Virus record (IMG/VR): IMGVR_UViG_3300020045_006258
Coordinates: 1 to 27,728 of that record
Strand: one strand, 5' to 3'
Length of the DNA stretch: 27,728 nt
Source: a virus
Taxonomy: Duplodnaviria; Caudoviricetes
A model generated the notes under the pieces. The model worked only from the letters and a program-made list of their open reading frames with translations. It did not search any database and was not told where the DNA came from. The translations under genes and the position numbers were made by a program. Shown here in pieces: positions 24,040-27,728 of the stretch. Position 1 is the stretch's first letter. Each line of letters opens with the position of its first letter.

Positions 24040-24861
24040 ATGGGAACGGCGATCAACGACAGGAGCGGGCAATCTGTCCCGGCGTCCCAGCCGACAAGGC
24101 TCCGTGTCGATGGAGGGGGCGCAATTAAGTCGCTCGATTATTTCACCGGCATAGCAGCAGGCGTAATCCCCGGCACCGCGTATCGCCTTGGCCTTGGCAA
24201 CAATCCAAGCATCGACACCAACAGCACGCCAGAAGACGTGTGGTCGGGCGGTGGTCTATATCCATGGATGGCAGCAGCATCATCGCTTGAGATTGTATCG
24301 GACAGCGCTGCCGACGCTGCGGCTGGCACAGGTATGCGGACTGTCCAGATACAGGGGCTTGATGCAAACTATGTCGAACTCAACCAGACGGTAACGCTCA
24401 ACGGCACGACGCCGGTAGCGGTGCCCCAGCAGCTTTTGCGCATCAACCGCTGCCTGATCCAGACAGCAGGCTCCGGTGGCACCAATGCGGGCACTGTCGT
24501 TGTCCGTGTCGCTGGTGGCGGAACGACCTACGCACATATCCCGGTTGGCTTTGGATCGACGCGCTCCAGCAATTTCACGACCCCGGCTGGCAAGACGCTA
24601 TTCATCACGACTTACAACTTCTCGATCAATCGCCCTTCGACACAGAGGGATGCAACACTTGCCACCGCGATCCGCCTGCAAAACGGCGCGCACTTTTTGA
24701 GCAATGAGGTAAGCGTTGATGGCAACCCATTCCAGCGGATCCAGATACCGCCAGCACCCTTGCCGGAAAAGACCGACTTTGTTTTCCGCTGCACCTATGT
24801 AAGCGCAAACGCAACCGACCTGACCGCTTCGTGGACAGGCTTTGTAAGGACGAATGACTGA
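24040..24861 (+). CDS. Phage beta-rich hypothetical protein, possibly virion-associated
   Basis: GNNPSIDT...EDVW.GGG.YPW, D.AAGTG.RTV.I.GLD motif; coupled to terS (TGATG). Confidence 0.75.
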   Translation: MGTAINDRSGQSVPASQPTRLRVDGGGAIKSLDYFTGIAAGVIPGTAYRLGLGNNPSIDTNSTPEDVWSGGGLYPWMAAASSLEIVSDSAADAAAGTGMRTVQIQGLDANYVELNQTVTLNGTTPVAVPQQLLRINRCLIQTAGSGGTNAGTVVVRVAGGGTTYAHIPVGFGSTRSSNFTTPAGKTLFITTYNFSINRPSTQRDATLATAIRLQNGAHFLSNEVSVDGNPFQRIQIPPAPLPEKTDFVFRCTYVSANATDLTASWTGFVRTND

Positions 24862-25256
24862 TGCCGGGTGGCCGCCCAACGTCCTATGATCCGTCCTATT
24901 GCGATAAGGTTATCGAATGGGGCAGGCAGGGTAAATCAAAGGCATGGATGGCCGCAGAGATGGGCGTTGTCCGCGTGACCATAGACAATTGGGCAAACGC
25001 GCACCCTGAGTTTTTGGACTCCTTTACGCTCGCGATGGAATTATCCCAACAGTGGTGGGAAGATGCTGGCCAGACCGGCATGATCGAAAACAGCATCAGC
25101 GCGCCTATCTGGTCGCGTTCGATGGCCGCTCGCTTCCCGGCTGACTGGCGCGAAGTGAAGGGCACGGAACTGACTGGCAAGGATGGTGCAGCTATCCAGA
25201 CCACCCAGAGGATTGAGCGCGTCATTGTCGATCCTGCAAATCCCGACCCCGCGTAA
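24861..25256 (+). CDS. terS: Terminase small subunit
   Basis: GRPTSYDPSYC, HTH ending W...HPEF, ELTGKDGAAI tail; directly upstream of terL. Confidence 0.85.
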   Translation: MPGGRPTSYDPSYCDKVIEWGRQGKSKAWMAAEMGVVRVTIDNWANAHPEFLDSFTLAMELSQQWWEDAGQTGMIENSISAPIWSRSMAARFPADWREVKGTELTGKDGAAIQTTQRIERVIVDPANPDPA

Positions 25257-26490
25257 ACTCGCGCCGCTATTGCAGCCCTCTCGATACAAGGGCATCCATG
25301 GCGGGCGAGGCAGCGGCAAATCGCATTTCTTCGCGGAAATGCTGATAGAGCGTTGCATCATGCAGCCCGGCTTGCGCGCAGCCTGTGTCCGCGAAGTGCA
25401 GAAGTCGCTTAAAAACTCGGTGAAGCTGCTTGTGGAGGACAAAATCCGCAAGCTGGGTGTCATCGCCAGCTTTGAGATATTGGAAGCCGAAATCCGCACT
25501 CCTGGCGGTGGCGTCATCATCTTTCAGGGTATGCAGAACCACACGGCGGACAGCATCAAATCGCTTGAGGGGTTTGATATTGCATGGGTGGAAGAGGCGC
25601 AGTCGCTTAGCCAGCGCTCGCTTGACCTGTTGCGCCCGACAATCCGCAAGCCCGGCTCTGAAATATGGATGAGTTGGAACCCCGCCAAACCGACAGACCC
25701 GGTTGACGTTCTGTTGCGTGGGGATAACCCGCCCAGCGGCGCAATCGTGATAGAAGCCAATTGGTGCGATAATCCATGGCTGCCTGCTGAATTGCTGGCG
25801 GACCTTGAGGATGACCGCCGCCGCGACCCTGACAAGTTTCTGCATGTCTGGGAAGGCCGCTACAGCATGAACAGCGAGGCGCGCGTTTTCCGTAACTGGA
25901 AGGTAGAGGACTTCACGCCACCGGCTGATGCGGTATTCCGGTTTGGGGCGGACTGGGGCTTTGCCATTGACCCAACGGTGCTGGTGCGCTGCTATGTCGA
26001 AGGCCGCACGCTCTATGTGGACCGTGAAGCGTGGCAAATCGGCTGCGAGATAGACAAGACCCCTGCGCTGTTCGACACTATCGAGGGATCGCGCAAGTTT
26101 TTGATACGCGCAGACAGCGCCCGCCCTGAAACGGTAAGCTACATGAAGCGGCAGGGATACCGCATCACCCAAGCGGTAAAGGGGCCGGGGTCCATTGTGG
26201 ACGGCGTTGAGTTTCTTCGGTCATTTGACATCGTGGTTCATCCGCGCTGCAAAAAGGTCGCAGAGGAATTGACGCTATACAGCTATAAGATTGATCCGCA
26301 GACCGAAGAGATATTGCCGTTTCTGGACGACAAGAACAATCACACGATAGACGCATTGCGCTATGCACTGGAAGAGTTGCGTCGGACAGGCTATAAGCCC
26401 AAAGCAAGTAGCAATACGAAACCTAAAGACCGCTGGGACCGTGCATTTACGCGAGGCAATGAGGACGATGGCGCATGGAAAGTAGCCTGA
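25183..26490 (+). CDS. terL: Terminase large subunit (PBSX/Terminase_3 type); true start may be TTG 25225
   Basis: GGRGSGKS Walker A, WVEEA Walker B, GADWGF..DP, NHTIDALRY. Confidence 0.96.
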   Translation: MVQLSRPPRGLSASLSILQIPTPRKLAPLLQPSRYKGIHGGRGSGKSHFFAEMLIERCIMQPGLRAACVREVQKSLKNSVKLLVEDKIRKLGVIASFEILEAEIRTPGGGVIIFQGMQNHTADSIKSLEGFDIAWVEEAQSLSQRSLDLLRPTIRKPGSEIWMSWNPAKPTDPVDVLLRGDNPPSGAIVIEANWCDNPWLPAELLADLEDDRRRDPDKFLHVWEGRYSMNSEARVFRNWKVEDFTPPADAVFRFGADWGFAIDPTVLVRCYVEGRTLYVDREAWQIGCEIDKTPALFDTIEGSRKFLIRADSARPETVSYMKRQGYRITQAVKGPGSIVDGVEFLRSFDIVVHPRCKKVAEELTLYSYKIDPQTEEILPFLDDKNNHTIDALRYALEELRRTGYKPKASSNTKPKDRWDRAFTRGNEDDGAWKVA

Positions 26491-27578
26491 ACGAAACGAA
26501 GGCTTATGACGTGGGTTATCACACGCGCCGCTTTGAAGAGGCAGAAATGTCGATGCGCGATGCCCGCGAGGCAGCAGAGCGCGACCGTGATTATTATGAC
26601 GGCAAGCAGCTAACCAGCGCGGAAACCGCAGCCCTCAAGAAGCGCGGCCAGCCTGTCGTTATCTACAACCGTATCCAGCGGAAGGTGGACTATCTCAAGG
26701 GGCTTGAGGCGCAGACCCGCAAAGACCCCAAGGCGTTCCCGCGCACGCCAAAGGATGACGGCTCTGCCCAAGCTGCGACCGACGCGCTGCGCTATGTGTG
26801 CGATGATCAGGACTGGGATGCCAAGCGCTCGGAGGCGTTTGAGACGCTGGAGGTCGAAGGGACGGGCATTGTGTTCGTCGGCGCGGCGCAGACCCGCGAT
26901 GGCATTGATCCTGTCCTGACGAATGTGCCGTGGGATCGCCACTACGCTGACCCTTACTCGCGCCGGTATGACTTTTCCGACGCGACCTATCAGGGTATCG
27001 TGACGTGGATGGACCTTGACGAGGCCAAGCGCAAATGGCCTGACCGTGAGGACGTGCTTACCGATACCTGGGTGCAGGCCCGCGACACTGAGACATATGA
27101 CGACCGGCCCAAGTTCAACCTGTGGTCGGATTACAAGCGCCGCCGCATCCGCATCAACGAGGAATATTATATCGGCCCAGACGGGACTTGGCTGTCCTGC
27201 TTTTACACAAAGGCGGGGTTTTTGGTCGATCCCGCGCCGTCGCCTTATCTGGACGTTGATAGCGAGCCGGAGTGCCCGATCAAGGCTGTCTCGCTCTATG
27301 TGGACCGCGACAATAACCGCTATGGCGGCGTGCGGACGATGATCAGCCCGCAAGACGAGATCAACAAGCGCCGGTCAAAGGGGCTGCACCTGATCAGTTC
27401 GCGGCAGATGCGCATTGGCCTTAACGCACGTGGCGACATGACAGCATCGGAGTTCAAGCGCGAACTTGCCAAGCCGGACGGCATCATTTTCGCGGACGCT
27501 GGCGACGTTGAGGTATTGCAGACGGGCGACATGGCAGCGGCTAATTTTTCACAAACATATAAGCTATTGATTAAGTAA
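26475..27578 (+). CDS. P22-like portal protein, C-terminally truncated at about 27548
   Basis: DRDYYDGKQ..RGQP....N.I, YGGVRTMISPQDEINKRRSK; follows terL; only 367 aa, ending in AT-rich unrelated sequence. Confidence 0.85.
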   Translation: MESSLNETKAYDVGYHTRRFEEAEMSMRDAREAAERDRDYYDGKQLTSAETAALKKRGQPVVIYNRIQRKVDYLKGLEAQTRKDPKAFPRTPKDDGSAQAATDALRYVCDDQDWDAKRSEAFETLEVEGTGIVFVGAAQTRDGIDPVLTNVPWDRHYADPYSRRYDFSDATYQGIVTWMDLDEAKRKWPDREDVLTDTWVQARDTETYDDRPKFNLWSDYKRRRIRINEEYYIGPDGTWLSCFYTKAGFLVDPAPSPYLDVDSEPECPIKAVSLYVDRDNNRYGGVRTMISPQDEINKRRSKGLHLISSRQMRIGLNARGDMTASEFKRELAKPDGIIFADAGDVEVLQTGDMAAANFSQTYKLLIK

Positions 27579-27728
27579 TAGCTGACACGTAATGATTGGC
27601 AGACATGAAATTAATTAATGGGAGTGATAGGGCTTGGGTATGAACAGATTAAAATTTAACCGCGATAATATGTCGGATTGTTATTGCTGTATGGAAGATG
27701 ATGTTAGCGGCAATTATGTGCCGTATTC
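27549..27728. other. AT-rich foreign segment with a partial ORF starting at 27640
   Basis: Abrupt drop in GC; MNRLKFNRDNMSDCYCCMEDDVSGNYVPY runs off the window end. Confidence 0.6.

Noticed and set aside
1-27728. CRISPR array, DGR/retron or IS element
   Set aside because: No regularly spaced repeats, reverse transcriptase motifs or transposase seen; differences between the two repeat alleles are not adenine-specific

Overview
The window is most of a GC-rich temperate phage genome in excised or virion configuration. The host is probably an alphaproteobacterium (Sphingomonadales-like, judged from SSB, tRNA-Pro and SOS-box motifs). Left to right: tail/receptor-binding genes (159-2215), a lysis cassette with GH24 endolysin and Rz/embedded Rz1 (2477-4657), and a second tailspike-like gene (4898-7060). 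Then come a leftward small-gene block with two alphaproteobacterial LexA boxes, an intact attP built on the 5' half of tRNA-Pro(TGG) with its own promoter and arm repeats, a tyrosine integrase and xis, and an early-left operon. Two paralogous divergent-promoter/Cro-like modules (13.8 kb and 17.9 kb) bracket a self-contained tRNA-like ncRNA unit (14.7-14.9 kb) and a recombination block (NinB, HNH/Ref-like, SSB, DEDD exonuclease, Rad52-like SSAP). RusA, a replication block (HTH initiator with iterons, SF2 helicase, primase), terS, terL and a truncated P22-like portal follow. No CI-type repressor is recognisable. The most novel-looking signals are the 5'-half tRNA attP, the promoter/cloverleaf/terminator ncRNA, and the CI-less twin-Cro plus host-LexA regulatory layout. 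Both window ends show abrupt junctions (inverted repeat at 68-175; AT-rich switch at about 27549) that may be chimeric assembly artefacts. All calls are by eye; no database searches were run.
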